A stretch of 64,000 nucleotides of DNA from Myxococcaceae bacterium (GCA_046351675.1 JAXLYB010000002.1:192001-256000), one strand, 5' to 3'; shown: positions 26,965 to 36,580, counted from the first letter of the stretch. Notes: generated by a model from the letters alone, not told the origin. Made by a program: numbers and translations.

Positions 26965-29051
26965 GCTTCGCGCAGCCGCTGTTCCTGCTCGGCACGCTCG
27001 CCGCGCTGATTCCCCTGCTGGTGCACCTCTTCGACCGGCGCCGCCCGCGCGAGGTGCCGTTCGCCGCGCTCGACTTCGTGTTGCGCAGCCAGCGCCGCAC
27101 CGCCTCGCGCCTGCGCCTGAAGCGGTTGCTCCTCTACATCCTGCGCACGCTGCTCTTGCTCGCGGTGCCCATCGCGCTCGCCCGGCCCTCGTTCGACGCC
27201 TCGGGCACGCTCGACACGCGGAGGGGACTGGCCGCGACCGCCATCGTGCTCGACACCTCGCTCGCGATGCGGTGGTCCGACGGCACGCGGCTGTTCGACG
27301 TCGCGAAGGACGAGGCGAAGGGCGCGCTGCGCGAGCTGAGCGCGGAAGAGCCCGCGACCGTCGTCATCTGCACCCGCACCCCGCAGACCATCGGCCCGCT
27401 GGGCTTCGAGCGCACGCGGTTGATCAGCGCGCTCGACGACGCGAAGCCGCAGTTCGAGAGCGTCGACCTGAACCAGTGCCTCGAGCAGGCCGTGCGCTCA
27501 CTCGACGAGTCGCCGCTCCCCAACCGCCGCCTGGTGCTGGTGAGCGCGCTGACGCAGGGCTCGCTCAAGCTCGAGGCCGCGCCGCCCATCGGCACCAGCA
27601 GCAAGGGCGAGCACTTGAAGCCCGAGGTGGTGGTGCGCGACGTGGCGAAGGGGAAGGACCTGCCCAACCGCGCCATCATCGACGTGCGCGCCGAGGCCGC
27701 CCCGCAGCTCGGGCCCCGCGCGTGGCAGTTCACCTTCACGGTGCGCAACTTCTCCAACGAGGCCGCGCACGACGTCGAGCTGCAGCTCGAGGTGAACGGC
27801 GAGGTGGTGCAGAAGGGCTTCGTCGACGTCGCCGCCGACGGCACGAGCCAGAAGACGCTCGCGTGGCGCTTCGAGAAGGGCGGCGTGGCGACCGTCACCG
27901 GCAAGCTCGAGCCCGACGCGCTGCCCGACGACGACGCGCGCAGCGTGGTGCTCTCGGTGCCGCGGCCCCTCACGGCGCTGGTGGTGAACGGCGCGCCCTC
28001 GGCCCAGAAGTACCGCGACGAGGCCTTCTTCACCGAGGCAGCGCTGAGCGCGAGCGGCTCGCCCGTGCGCGCGGTGGTGCGCGACGCCGACGCCGCGTGG
28101 CGCGAGAAGCTGAGCGACTACGACGTGGTGCTGCTGCTCAACGCCGAGCCGCCGCCGCCCGACACGGTGCGCGCGCTCGCCGACTTCGTGAGCCAGGGCG
28201 GAGGCCTCTTCATCAGCGTCGGTGACCGCGTCGACCCCGACGCGTGGAACCTCGCGATGGCGACCGTGCTGCCGCGCAAGCTGCGCGTGATGAAGACCGC
28301 GGTGGAGCCGAACGCCGTCGACGCCGCCACCCGCGCCGCGCGCCTCTCGCAGGTGTCGTTGAACCACCCGGTGATGGCGCCGTTCCAGGGCCGCGCGCGC
28401 GAAGGTCTGTTGTCGACGCGCTTCTACCGGTACGCGCTCTTCGAGGGCGACGCGTCGGGCGTGGAGACCGAGGTGCTCGGCACGATGGACGACGGCGCGC
28501 CGGTCTTCCTCGCCGCGCGCCAGGGCAAGGGCCGCGTCTTCGTCTACGCCTCGACCGTCGACCGCGACTGGTCCGACCTGCCGATTCGCACCTCGTTCCT
28601 GCCGCTGATGCAGCGCGTGGCGGCGTGGCTCACCGGCACCCTCGACGAGCGCGAAGAGGTGCACGCGCGCGTCGGGGCGGGCGTGGTGCTCGCGCCGGAG
28701 AAGGGGCAGTCGCCGGCGTATGCGCGCGCTCCCTCGGGGCTGGAGGTCGCGCTGACCGCGGTGCCGCAGACGTCGCAGTTCAGCGGTGGGCCGCTGCCCG
28801 AGCCCGGCGCGTACACCGTGGTCGACGCGCGCGGCGTGGCGCTGCCCAACCTCGGGTTCGCCGCGGCCATCGACCCGGGCGCGAGCAACCTCGCGCGGCA
28901 CCCGGTCGACTCGTTGAGCGCCTGGCTGGGCGAAGACTCGGTGCGCGTCGCGGGCGGCGCGGGGGCCGAGCGCACCACCCCGCTGTGGACGTGGCTCATC
29001 ACGCTCGCGGTCATCGCCTTCTTCCTCGAAGGCGTGCTGTTGCGGCGCTGA
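26961..29051 (+). CDS. BatA domain-containing membrane protein (N-terminal double-TM BatA domain, large periplasmic region)
   Basis: N-terminus MSFAQPLFLLGTLAALIPLLVHLFDRRRPREVPFAALDFV. ATGA overlap with DUF58. Length 696 aa. Confidence 0.85.
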   Translation: MSFAQPLFLLGTLAALIPLLVHLFDRRRPREVPFAALDFVLRSQRRTASRLRLKRLLLYILRTLLLLAVPIALARPSFDASGTLDTRRGLAATAIVLDTSLAMRWSDGTRLFDVAKDEAKGALRELSAEEPATVVICTRTPQTIGPLGFERTRLISALDDAKPQFESVDLNQCLEQAVRSLDESPLPNRRLVLVSALTQGSLKLEAAPPIGTSSKGEHLKPEVVVRDVAKGKDLPNRAIIDVRAEAAPQLGPRAWQFTFTVRNFSNEAAHDVELQLEVNGEVVQKGFVDVAADGTSQKTLAWRFEKGGVATVTGKLEPDALPDDDARSVVLSVPRPLTALVVNGAPSAQKYRDEAFFTEAALSASGSPVRAVVRDADAAWREKLSDYDVVLLLNAEPPPPDTVRALADFVSQGGGLFISVGDRVDPDAWNLAMATVLPRKLRVMKTAVEPNAVDAATRAARLSQVSLNHPVMAPFQGRAREGLLSTRFYRYALFEGDASGVETEVLGTMDDGAPVFLAARQGKGRVFVYASTVDRDWSDLPIRTSFLPLMQRVAAWLTGTLDEREEVHARVGAGVVLAPEKGQSPAYARAPSGLEVALTAVPQTSQFSGGPLPEPGAYTVVDARGVALPNLGFAAAIDPGASNLARHPVDSLSAWLGEDSVRVAGGAGAERTTPLWTWLITLAVIAFFLEGVLLRR

Positions 29052-29103
29052 GTTGAGGGAGAATCACGGTCGTGCCGAAGAGTCCTTTCAGACGAGCGCA
29101 CCG

Positions 29104-30189
29104 ATGAGTCTCGAGCGCCCCAGGGTGCTGGTGGTCGACGACGACGAGATCATTCGCCGTCTGGTGAAGGTCACGCTCGCGCAGAAGTACGAGGTCTTCG
29201 AGGCGCCCGACGCGCCCACCGCCATCGAGCTGGTCGGCCAGCACGACATCGAGGTGGTGGTCATCGACGTGATGATGCCCGGCATGACCGGCATGGAAGC
29301 GGTGCCGAAGCTGCGGGAACGCGCGAAGAACCCCATCTACGTGCTGTTGCTCACCGCGCTCCACGACCAGCAGAGCCGCAACCAGGGGCTCGAGGCCGGG
29401 GCCGATGACTACCTGGCCAAGCCGATGGACCGCAAAGAGCTCGTCTTGCGCGTGCAGAACTTCGTGCGCCTCGGCCGGCAGGAACGGCTCATTCGTCAGC
29501 AGCTCGAGTCACTGAGCCAGCTGCAGGCGCTCAAGGACGACCTCACGGCGCTGCTGGTGCACGACCTGCGCAACCCGCTCACCGCGGTGTCGAGCGCGTT
29601 CCAGTTGATGGAGAGCTCGATTCCCGAGAGCGAGCGCGAGCTCTTCAACCTCGGGAAGAACGCGCTCAAGCGGGTGATGGAAGGCGTCAGCGACCTGCTC
29701 AAGGTGCGCATGCTCGAGAAGGGCGAGCTGCAGCTCGAGCGCTCGACGTTCGAGCCGAAGGAGCTCGCCGAGGAAGTGGTGCAGACCCTCAAGGCCGCGG
29801 CGCTCGACGGGAAGATCGACGTGGCGGTGGTGTCCCCGCCGGGCGTCACGTTGAACGCCGACGCGAAGCTGCTCAAGCGCGCGCTCGAGAACCTGTTGAT
29901 CAACGCGTTCCGCCACACGCGCGGGAAGGTCGACGTCATCATCGAGCCCACCGCCGACGCGGTGCTGGTGTCGGTCGCCGACCGGGGACCCGGGGTGCCT
30001 GACTTCTTGAAGGGCGAGCTGTTCGACATGTTCGGCTCGCTCAAGCTCAAGGAGAGCGGCGGTCGGCGCGGGCATGGGCTGGGGCTGTACCTGGTGCGGC
30101 TCGTGGCGCGAGCACACGGCGGCGATGTGGTGGTGAAAGACCGTGAAAGCGGCGGCGCCGTCTTCCAGCTCAGCTTCCCGAAGTCGTAG
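29104..30189 (+). CDS. hybrid response regulator-histidine kinase (REC + HisKA + HATPase_c)
   Basis: REC domain residues VLVVDDDE and VIDVMMPGMTG, H-box LVHDLRNPL, and G-boxes DRGPGV and GHGLGLYL. The ATG at 29104 was preferred over a TTG at 29053. Confidence 0.85.
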   Translation: MSLERPRVLVVDDDEIIRRLVKVTLAQKYEVFEAPDAPTAIELVGQHDIEVVVIDVMMPGMTGMEAVPKLRERAKNPIYVLLLTALHDQQSRNQGLEAGADDYLAKPMDRKELVLRVQNFVRLGRQERLIRQQLESLSQLQALKDDLTALLVHDLRNPLTAVSSAFQLMESSIPESERELFNLGKNALKRVMEGVSDLLKVRMLEKGELQLERSTFEPKELAEEVVQTLKAAALDGKIDVAVVSPPGVTLNADAKLLKRALENLLINAFRHTRGKVDVIIEPTADAVLVSVADRGPGVPDFLKGELFDMFGSLKLKESGGRRGHGLGLYLVRLVARAHGGDVVVKDRESGGAVFQLSFPKS

Positions 30190-30208
30190 CGCCCTCTCCT
30201 CTTCAGAG

Positions 30209-31658
30209 CTGACGATCCAACACAACTTGTGAATCGCGCGCGGGCATGATCTCGCTCGCAAATGCACGCACTTCCTCCGATTCACGACGAGTTCCGAGAC
30301 TGCGAGTTTCCCGACCTTCGTCTTCTCGACCGAGTCGTGAGGATTGCGAGACAGCTCGAGGTGGACCCGAAGGCGAGCCTGCCCGAGTCGTTTCGAAACC
30401 CGTCGCAGCTCGAAGGCACGTACCGGTTCTTCGGTAACGAGCGCATTGACCTGGGCACCGTCGTCGCCGGCCACGTGAGCAACACGGTCCGACGCGTCGA
30501 TGTCGCGAAGCGCGCGCTGGCCATTCACGACACGACATCGTTCGTCTTCGACGGAGAGCGAGACGGACTCGGAATCGTCGACCGCTCGCAGCAAGGCTTC
30601 TATGCCCACGCGTGTCTCGCTGTTTCCGCGGATGGTGTGCGGCAACCTCTTGGATTGCTCGCGCTCGACACGTGGATGCGCACGAAGAAGAAGGGCAAGC
30701 GCACGACGGAAGCGCGACGCAACGAGAAGGAGCTCGAGTCCGACCGTTGGTTGGAGCAGTCGCTTGCCGTCGAAGAGCTCGTGTCGAACTCGACGGTGCT
30801 CATCCACGTCGAGGACCGCGAGGGCGATATCTACGAGAGCCTCGCGACGCGGGCGCAGCGAGGGATGCACTTCATCGTTCGCGCGTCGTCAAACCGAGTT
30901 GTGAAACTCGAAGGCGGCGGCACACAGAACGTCCTCGAATCCGCTCGCACGCTTCCGTTGCGCTCGAAGCGAGAGGTCGACCTCTCGGAGCGTCACAATC
31001 CGTTCGCGCACCTCCCAAAGACTTCGCATGGCAATCGCCAGGCGCGCACGACGCAGGTTGAGATTCGCTCCGGCGAGCTGACGCTGCGACGGCCGCAGAG
31101 AGCTCTCCGGTCGTCTGACTTGCCCAAAGAGCTTCGCCTCAACGTGGTGCACGTCGGCGAGGTCGATGCGCCTCCAGGCGAGAAGGCGGTCGAGTGGCTC
31201 CTCTTCACGACCGAGCCCGTCGATTCAGCGACCGATGCTGAGCAAGTCGTCGACTTCTACCGAACGCGATGGCTCATCGAGGAATACTTCAAAGCGCTCA
31301 AGACGGGCTGCAAGTACGAAGACAAAAGGCTCGAGAGCGGCCCCGCGCTCCTCAACGCGCTCGGTGTTTTTGCCATCGTCGCGTGGCGGCTTCTCGTCCT
31401 GCGCTTCATCGACCGAACGGCGGACGACAGCCCAGCCGAGTCCGTCGCGACAGACGCCGAAATCGCAGTGCTCGTCGCGAAGAAGCGCCTGAAGCCGAAC
31501 GCTACAGCGCGCGAATTCACCACCGCACTCGCTCGCTACGGCGGTCACCTGCCGCAGAACGGACCACCCGGCTTACTCATCCTCTGGCGAGCGCTCCGTG
31601 CACTGCAGCAAGTCGCGGAAGGCTGGTCCTTGGCTCAGGAAATGTGATCAATCCTCAG
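30209..31658 (+). mobile_element. IS4-family (IS50/Tn5-like) insertion sequence, about 1450 bp, with 10-bp direct target duplication CTCTTCAGAG
   Basis: Left end CTGACGATCCAACACAACTTGT resembles the Tn5 outside end CTGACTCTTATACACAAGT. The reverse complement of the right end (CTGAGGATTGATCACATT) pairs with the left end at 12 of 18 positions. Flanks 30199-30208 and 31659-31668 are identical. GC content is lower than that of the flanking DNA. Confidence 0.8.
30262..31647 (+). CDS. IS4 family transposase (Tn5 Tnp-like DDE)
   Basis: 461 aa. C-terminal YRTRWLIEEYFKALKTGCKYEDKRL is the IS4/Tn5 YREK signature region. The N-terminus resembles the Tn5 Tnp DNA-binding region. Confidence 0.9.
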   Translation: MHALPPIHDEFRDCEFPDLRLLDRVVRIARQLEVDPKASLPESFRNPSQLEGTYRFFGNERIDLGTVVAGHVSNTVRRVDVAKRALAIHDTTSFVFDGERDGLGIVDRSQQGFYAHACLAVSADGVRQPLGLLALDTWMRTKKKGKRTTEARRNEKELESDRWLEQSLAVEELVSNSTVLIHVEDREGDIYESLATRAQRGMHFIVRASSNRVVKLEGGGTQNVLESARTLPLRSKREVDLSERHNPFAHLPKTSHGNRQARTTQVEIRSGELTLRRPQRALRSSDLPKELRLNVVHVGEVDAPPGEKAVEWLLFTTEPVDSATDAEQVVDFYRTRWLIEEYFKALKTGCKYEDKRLESGPALLNALGVFAIVAWRLLVLRFIDRTADDSPAESVATDAEIAVLVAKKRLKPNATAREFTTALARYGGHLPQNGPPGLLILWRALRALQQVAEGWSLAQEM

Positions 31659-31713
31659 CTCTTCAGAGGAGAGGGTCGGGGTGAGGAGAGAAGCGTCGGG
31701 CGTTGGAGTCGCC

Positions 31714-34700
31714 TCAGCGCTTGAACAGCCCCTTCAGCGTCGCCCAGAACCCACCCGCGCGCTTCTCGAGCTCTTCACCGCGCTCCTTGTTCACCGCGGC
31801 CGCCTTCTCAGCCGTGATGCCGAGCTTCTGCGCCGCCTCTTCGCTCGTGTAGCGCGTGGCCAACGTCGCCCGCACCACCGAGCGCGTCTTGAACTCCCGC
31901 GCCTCGACGCGCAGCACGCACTCGGCGTCGAGCGACAGCGTCACCGCCACCTGCACCGCGCCCGCGGGCCCCTTCGGCAACCCGGTGATCAACACCGAGC
32001 CGAGGAACTCGTTGCCCGCCACGTTCGAGTCCTCGCCCTGGTACACGAGCACCTCGAGCTCGGTCTCCCCGTCCTTCTGGGTCGAGAGGCCGAACGACTT
32101 CGTGACGGGCAGCGCGGTGTTGCGCTCGATGAGCCGGTGGAACACGCCGCCCGGCCGACCGACGCCCACCGTCATCGGCACCACGTCGATGAGCACCAGC
32201 GGCGAGACCTTGTCGAGGGTGCCGCTGTACAGCGCGGCGCCGAGCGCGACGGCCTCGTCGGCGTTGACCGACGCGTGCGCGGGCTTCTTGAAGACCGCCT
32301 TCAACTTCTCGCGCACCAGCGGCATGCGGCTCTGCCCGCCGACGAGGATGATGTCGTCGACCTGCGCGGGCTTGAGGCGCGCGTCGAGCAGCACGTCCTG
32401 CACGGCCTGGATGGTGCGGTCGACCAGCTCGCCACACGCGGCCTCGAGCTCGGCGCGCGTGACGGTGGTGCGCAGGTCGAGCGGCTGGCCGCCGTCCATC
32501 TCCAGCATCGGCAGGTGCACGTCGAAGCTGGTGCGCTCGGACAGGGCCATCTTCGCCTTCTCGGCGACCTCGTTGATGCGCGAGAGCGCGATGCGGTCGC
32601 CGCCGAACGGGCGCTTGTGCCACGAGGTGTAGCGATCGAGCAGGAGCTTCACGACCTGCGCGTCGAAGTCGACGCCGCCGAGGAACACGTCGCCCCCCGT
32701 CGCGAGCACCTCGAAGACGTTCTTGTCGAGCTTGAGGAGCGTGGCGTCGAAGGTGCCGCCGCCGAGGTCGTAGACGAGCACGGTCTTCGTCAGGTCGCGG
32801 CCCATGCCGAACGCGAGCGCGGCGGCGGTGGGCTCGTTCAGCACGCGCTCGACCTTGAGGCCGGCCATCGCGCCCGCGCGCCGCACCGCCTCGCGCTGCG
32901 CCTCGGAGTAGTACGCCGGGCACGTCACCACCGCGCGCGTGACGGGCGTGCCCAGTGATTGCTCGGCGAAGTCGCGGCATTCCTTGAGCACCAGCGCCTG
33001 CACCTCGTCGAGCGAGAGCACCTTGCCGCCCAGCTTCACGGCAGCGCGGCGATCGGGGCCGGCGACGATGGAGAAGTGCGCGCGTTCCTTCACCTGCTGC
33101 ACGGTGGCGTTGTCGAAGTCGCGGCCCACGAGGCGCTTGGCGCCGGTGATGGACTGCGTCGGGTTGAGCACCATCTGCTGCTTCGCGCGGTGGCCGATGA
33201 GGAGGCGGCCCTGCGTGGTGAGCGCGACCACCGAGGGAATCGTGTTGTAGCCATCGCGCGAGACGACGATGTGCGGGCGGCCCTTGTTGAGCACCGCGAC
33301 CGCGGAGTTCGTCGTGCCGAGGTCGATGCCGATGAGCGCGCCGGTGGCGTCGCCGCCGACCTTCACGTCCTTGAGGTACACCGGGCCGGCCGGCACGGGC
33401 GCCGTCTCGAGCGCGGGCGGCGGACCTTCGAGCTTCGGAGCGAGGACTGGCGCGGAGGGCGCGAGCGCCGGCGGAGGCGCGGCGGGGACCGCTTCGAGCT
33501 GCTCGAGGTCGACGTCGAAGCCCGACGGCCCCGAGGAGAAGGGAATGTCTTCGGCCGGCGCGGTGGTGTCGGACAGCAGTGAGTCGAGGTCGAGCTCGAT
33601 GTCGCGTGACGGGTCGGTGTCGGCGGTCGCGTCCGAGAAGATGTCGGACGGGTCGACGTCGAGGGGCGCCTCTTCCTCGGCAGCCACCGCGGGAGGCGGA
33701 GGCGGCGCTGCGGCGGTGAAGAAGGAGCTGAAGTCGGCGGGCTCGTCGGCGTCGGGCGCGGGCGGAGCCTCGGTCGCGGGCACGACCCCGTACGCGGCGG
33801 TGCGCGGACTCTCTGGCACGGGTGCGGCCGGCGCGGGCACGACTCCGTACGCGGCGGTGCGCGAGCCGTCAGCCGGTGCACTCGTGGGAGCGGGGGCAGG
33901 TGCAACTCCAGCCGTCGCTGCGCGCGGGCCAGCGGCCTGACCAGCCTGCGTCGCGGGCGCAACGCCAGGCGGAGCCGCGGGGCTCACAGGCGGAACTTCA
34001 GGCGTCGCGGCGCGCGGGACAGCGGGTGCCGAAGCAACTCCAGGCGCGAGAGCCGTGGCGGGCGGCGCGGCCGCAACGCCAGGCGTTGGCGCTGGAGCCG
34101 CTGGTGCTGCAGGCGCAACTCCGGCACTCGCGGCGCGCGAGGCAGCCGATGTTGCGGGCGCAACTCCAGGCGTCGCAGCGCGTGGGGCCGATGTCGCGGC
34201 AGGAACTCCAGGCGTCGCAGCACCCGAGGTCGCAGGCGCAACTCCCGGCGTCGCGGTGCGCGGGGCCGATGTCGCGGCAGGAACTCCAAGCGTTGCAGCA
34301 CCCGGGGTCGCAGGCGCAACTCCCGGCGTCGCAGCGCGCGGGGCCGATGTCGCGGGAGGAACTCCAGGCGTCGCAGCACCTGGGGTCGCAGGCGCAACTC
34401 CCGGCGTCGCAGCGCGCGGGGCCGATGTCGCGGAAGGAACTCCAGACGTCGGAGCACCTTGTGTCGCAGGCGGAACTCCGGTCGCCGCAGCGCGCGGGGC
34501 CGATGTCGCGGCAGGAACTCCAGGCGTCGCAGCACCTGGGGTCGCAGGCGCAACTCCCGGCGTCGCAGCGCGCGGGGCCGATGTCGCGGCAGGAACTCCA
34601 GACGTCGGAGCACCTTGTGTCGCAGGCGGAACTCCGGTCGCAGAGGCTGAGGGAGGAACTGCAGGCGTTGGAGCACCCGCGGTCGGCGCAACTCCCGACG

Positions 34701-35508
34701 TCGCAGCAGCACGCGGGGCCGCTGTCGCGGGAGGAACTCTAGGCGTCGGAGCGCCCGCCGTCGCAGCGCGCGGGGCCGAGGTCGCGGCAGGAGCTCCAGG
34801 CGACGGAGCACCGCCGGTCCCAGGCGCAGGCTGAGCGGTCGCGGGCACGACGCCGTAGGCCGCGGTGCGCGGACCGGCGGCTGGAACTGCGGGAGGCGCA
34901 GCGGTCGCAGGCACGACGCCATAGGTCGCGGTGCGCGGAGGAATGACCCCCGACGTCTCCGCGGTGAAGAGGGACCCGACGTCTTCCTGATCAGGCCGCT
35001 CCGGCTCAGCGCGCGGAGGAATCACCCCCGACGTCTCCGCCGTGAAGAGCGAGCCCACGTCTTCCTGCGCCGGCCGCGGCGGCGGCACGATGCCCGACGT
35101 CGCCGAGGTGAAGAGCGAGTCGAGCTCCACGGCCGGAGGCGCGCTGGGCGGAGGAGGAGGCGCTGGAGGCCGCGCCGCCGGCTTCCCGAGCATGCGATCG
35201 ACCAGCTCGCGTGACGCGGGGTCGAGCGTGACGAACTGCAGCCCCATGCCCGCGGGCCCGCCGGGATCATTCTCCCCGCGCACCCACCGCACGATGGCCG
35301 TGCCCTGCAGCACGCGCTGCCCCGAGGCGATCTCCACCTTGAAGTTCAGCTCGGTGCCGACGGGCTTCGGCTCCCGCGTGCGAATGAACATGCCGCCGTC
35401 GGACAAGTTGGTCGCGTACTTCGACGCGAACTCGTCGAGGCCCTTGTGGGCCAGCTTCACCAACAGCCCGACCTGTTTGCGAACGTTCGAGCGGTGGTCG
35501 TTCGACAC
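31714..35508 (-). CDS. PilZ domain-Hsp70 (DnaK-like) fusion protein with a long Pro/Ala/Thr-rich repetitive linker
   Basis: N-terminal PilZ motifs RSNVR (RxxxR) and DGGMFI (DxSxGG). About 550 aa of low-complexity repeats follow. A complete Hsp70 NBD (IGIDLGTTNS, DLGGGTFD) and substrate-binding domain complete the protein. Confidence 0.85.
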   Translation of the reverse strand: MSNDHRSNVRKQVGLLVKLAHKGLDEFASKYATNLSDGGMFIRTREPKPVGTELNFKVEIASGQRVLQGTAIVRWVRGENDPGGPAGMGLQFVTLDPASRELVDRMLGKPAARPPAPPPPPSAPPAVELDSLFTSATSGIVPPPRPAQEDVGSLFTAETSGVIPPRAEPERPDQEDVGSLFTAETSGVIPPRTATYGVVPATAAPPAVPAAGPRTAAYGVVPATAQPAPGTGGAPSPGAPAATSAPRAATAGAPTPRVPPATAAPRAAATSGVAPTAGAPTPAVPPSASATGVPPATQGAPTSGVPAATSAPRAATPGVAPATPGAATPGVPAATSAPRAAATGVPPATQGAPTSGVPSATSAPRAATPGVAPATPGAATPGVPPATSAPRAATPGVAPATPGAATLGVPAATSAPRTATPGVAPATSGAATPGVPAATSAPRAATPGVAPATSAASRAASAGVAPAAPAAPAPTPGVAAAPPATALAPGVASAPAVPRAATPEVPPVSPAAPPGVAPATQAGQAAGPRAATAGVAPAPAPTSAPADGSRTAAYGVVPAPAAPVPESPRTAAYGVVPATEAPPAPDADEPADFSSFFTAAAPPPPPAVAAEEEAPLDVDPSDIFSDATADTDPSRDIELDLDSLLSDTTAPAEDIPFSSGPSGFDVDLEQLEAVPAAPPPALAPSAPVLAPKLEGPPPALETAPVPAGPVYLKDVKVGGDATGALIGIDLGTTNSAVAVLNKGRPHIVVSRDGYNTIPSVVALTTQGRLLIGHRAKQQMVLNPTQSITGAKRLVGRDFDNATVQQVKERAHFSIVAGPDRRAAVKLGGKVLSLDEVQALVLKECRDFAEQSLGTPVTRAVVTCPAYYSEAQREAVRRAGAMAGLKVERVLNEPTAAALAFGMGRDLTKTVLVYDLGGGTFDATLLKLDKNVFEVLATGGDVFLGGVDFDAQVVKLLLDRYTSWHKRPFGGDRIALSRINEVAEKAKMALSERTSFDVHLPMLEMDGGQPLDLRTTVTRAELEAACGELVDRTIQAVQDVLLDARLKPAQVDDIILVGGQSRMPLVREKLKAVFKKPAHASVNADEAVALGAALYSGTLDKVSPLVLIDVVPMTVGVGRPGGVFHRLIERNTALPVTKSFGLSTQKDGETELEVLVYQGEDSNVAGNEFLGSVLITGLPKGPAGAVQVAVTLSLDAECVLRVEAREFKTRSVVRATLATRYTSEEAAQKLGITAEKAAAVNKERGEELEKRAGGFWATLKGLFKR
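34060..34800. repeat. 78-bp (26-codon) tandem repeat array, about 9 copies, inside the PilZ-Hsp70 linker
   Basis: Unit ggcaggaactccaggcgtcgcagcacccgaggtcgcaggcgcaactcccggcgtcgcggtgcgcggggccgatgtcgc encodes ATSAPRAATPGVAPATPGAATPGVPA on the minus strand. Confidence 0.8.
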
Positions 35509-35526
35509 TGCGGCTCCCGGGGCTGA

Positions 35527-36540
35527 TCAGCTCATCGCGCCGATGATGGCGTTGGTGAACTCCACGGTGTTGTTCTTGCCGCCGAGATCACCGGTGCGCA
35601 CCTTGCCCTCGGCGTACACCTTCATCACCGCCTTCTCGATGCGCTGCGCGTGCGCGTCGAGGTTGAGCCACTCGAGCATCATCACGGTCGACATCAGCAG
35701 CGCCGTCGGGTTCGCCAACCCCTTGCCCGCGATGTCGGGCGCCGTGCCGTGCACCGCTTCGAAGACCGCGCACGAGGCGCCGATGTTCGCGCCCGGCACC
35801 ACGCCCAGCCCGCCGACCAGGCCCGAGCAGAGGTCCGAGATGATGTCGCCGTAGAGGTTTTCCATCACCATCACGTCGAACTTCTCGGGGCTCTTCACCA
35901 GCTGCATGCACAGCGCGTCGACGATGACCTCGCTGGTCTCGATCTGCGGGAAGTCGCGCGCCACCTTGCGGAAGCAGTCGAGGAACAGGCCGTCGGACAG
36001 CTTCATGATGTTCGCCTTGTGAACGGCGCTCACCTTCTTGCGGCCCTTCTTCACGGCGTACTCGAAGGCGAAGCGGCAGATGCGGGTGCTCGCCTTCTCG
36101 GTGATGATCTTCAGCGACTCCACGACGCCCGGCACCACGATGTGCTCGATGCCCGCGTAGAGGTCTTCGGTGTTCTCACGCACCACCACGAGGTCGACGT
36201 TCTCGTAGCGCGTCTTCACGCCCGGCACCGACTTGATGGGCCGCAGCGACGCGTAGAGGTCGAGCCGCTTGCGCAGCGCCACGTTCGCCGACTGCTGGCC
36301 GCCGCCGATGCCCGTCGCCGTCGGGCCCTTCAGCCCACAGCCGTTGCGCATGATGGCCTCGACCGTCTCGTTCGGCAGGTTGGTGCCGTAGCGGTTGGCG
36401 ATCTCCGAGCCCGCGTCCTTGTACTCGAACTCCAGCGGCGCCTTCGACGCTTCGAGAATCTTGCGGCACGCGTCCATCACCTCGGGGCCGATGCCGTCGC
36501 CGTTCAGCAGCGTCACCTTGCGAATCGTCTGAGCGCTCAT
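35527..36540 (-). CDS. NAD-dependent isocitrate dehydrogenase (IDH3-like, beta-decarboxylating dehydrogenase family)
   Basis: 337 aa with LLNGDGIGPEV, ENTEDLYAGIEH and NLYGDIISDLCSGLVGGLG motifs. Lies 18 bp upstream of the PilZ-Hsp70 gene on the same strand. Confidence 0.8.
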   Translation of the reverse strand: MSAQTIRKVTLLNGDGIGPEVMDACRKILEASKAPLEFEYKDAGSEIANRYGTNLPNETVEAIMRNGCGLKGPTATGIGGGQQSANVALRKRLDLYASLRPIKSVPGVKTRYENVDLVVVRENTEDLYAGIEHIVVPGVVESLKIITEKASTRICRFAFEYAVKKGRKKVSAVHKANIMKLSDGLFLDCFRKVARDFPQIETSEVIVDALCMQLVKSPEKFDVMVMENLYGDIISDLCSGLVGGLGVVPGANIGASCAVFEAVHGTAPDIAGKGLANPTALLMSTVMMLEWLNLDAHAQRIEKAVMKVYAEGKVRTGDLGGKNNTVEFTNAIIGAMS

Positions 36541-36580
36541 GGGCGCGCAGTATGCACCGAGTTCCGCGACGCGCTTCAGC

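Noticed and set aside
30246-30437. 63-aa ORF at the IS left end (MISLANARTSSDS...)
   Set aside because: It is out of frame with and overlaps the transposase N-terminus, and has no RBS or conserved features. IS4/Tn5 elements encode a single transposase.
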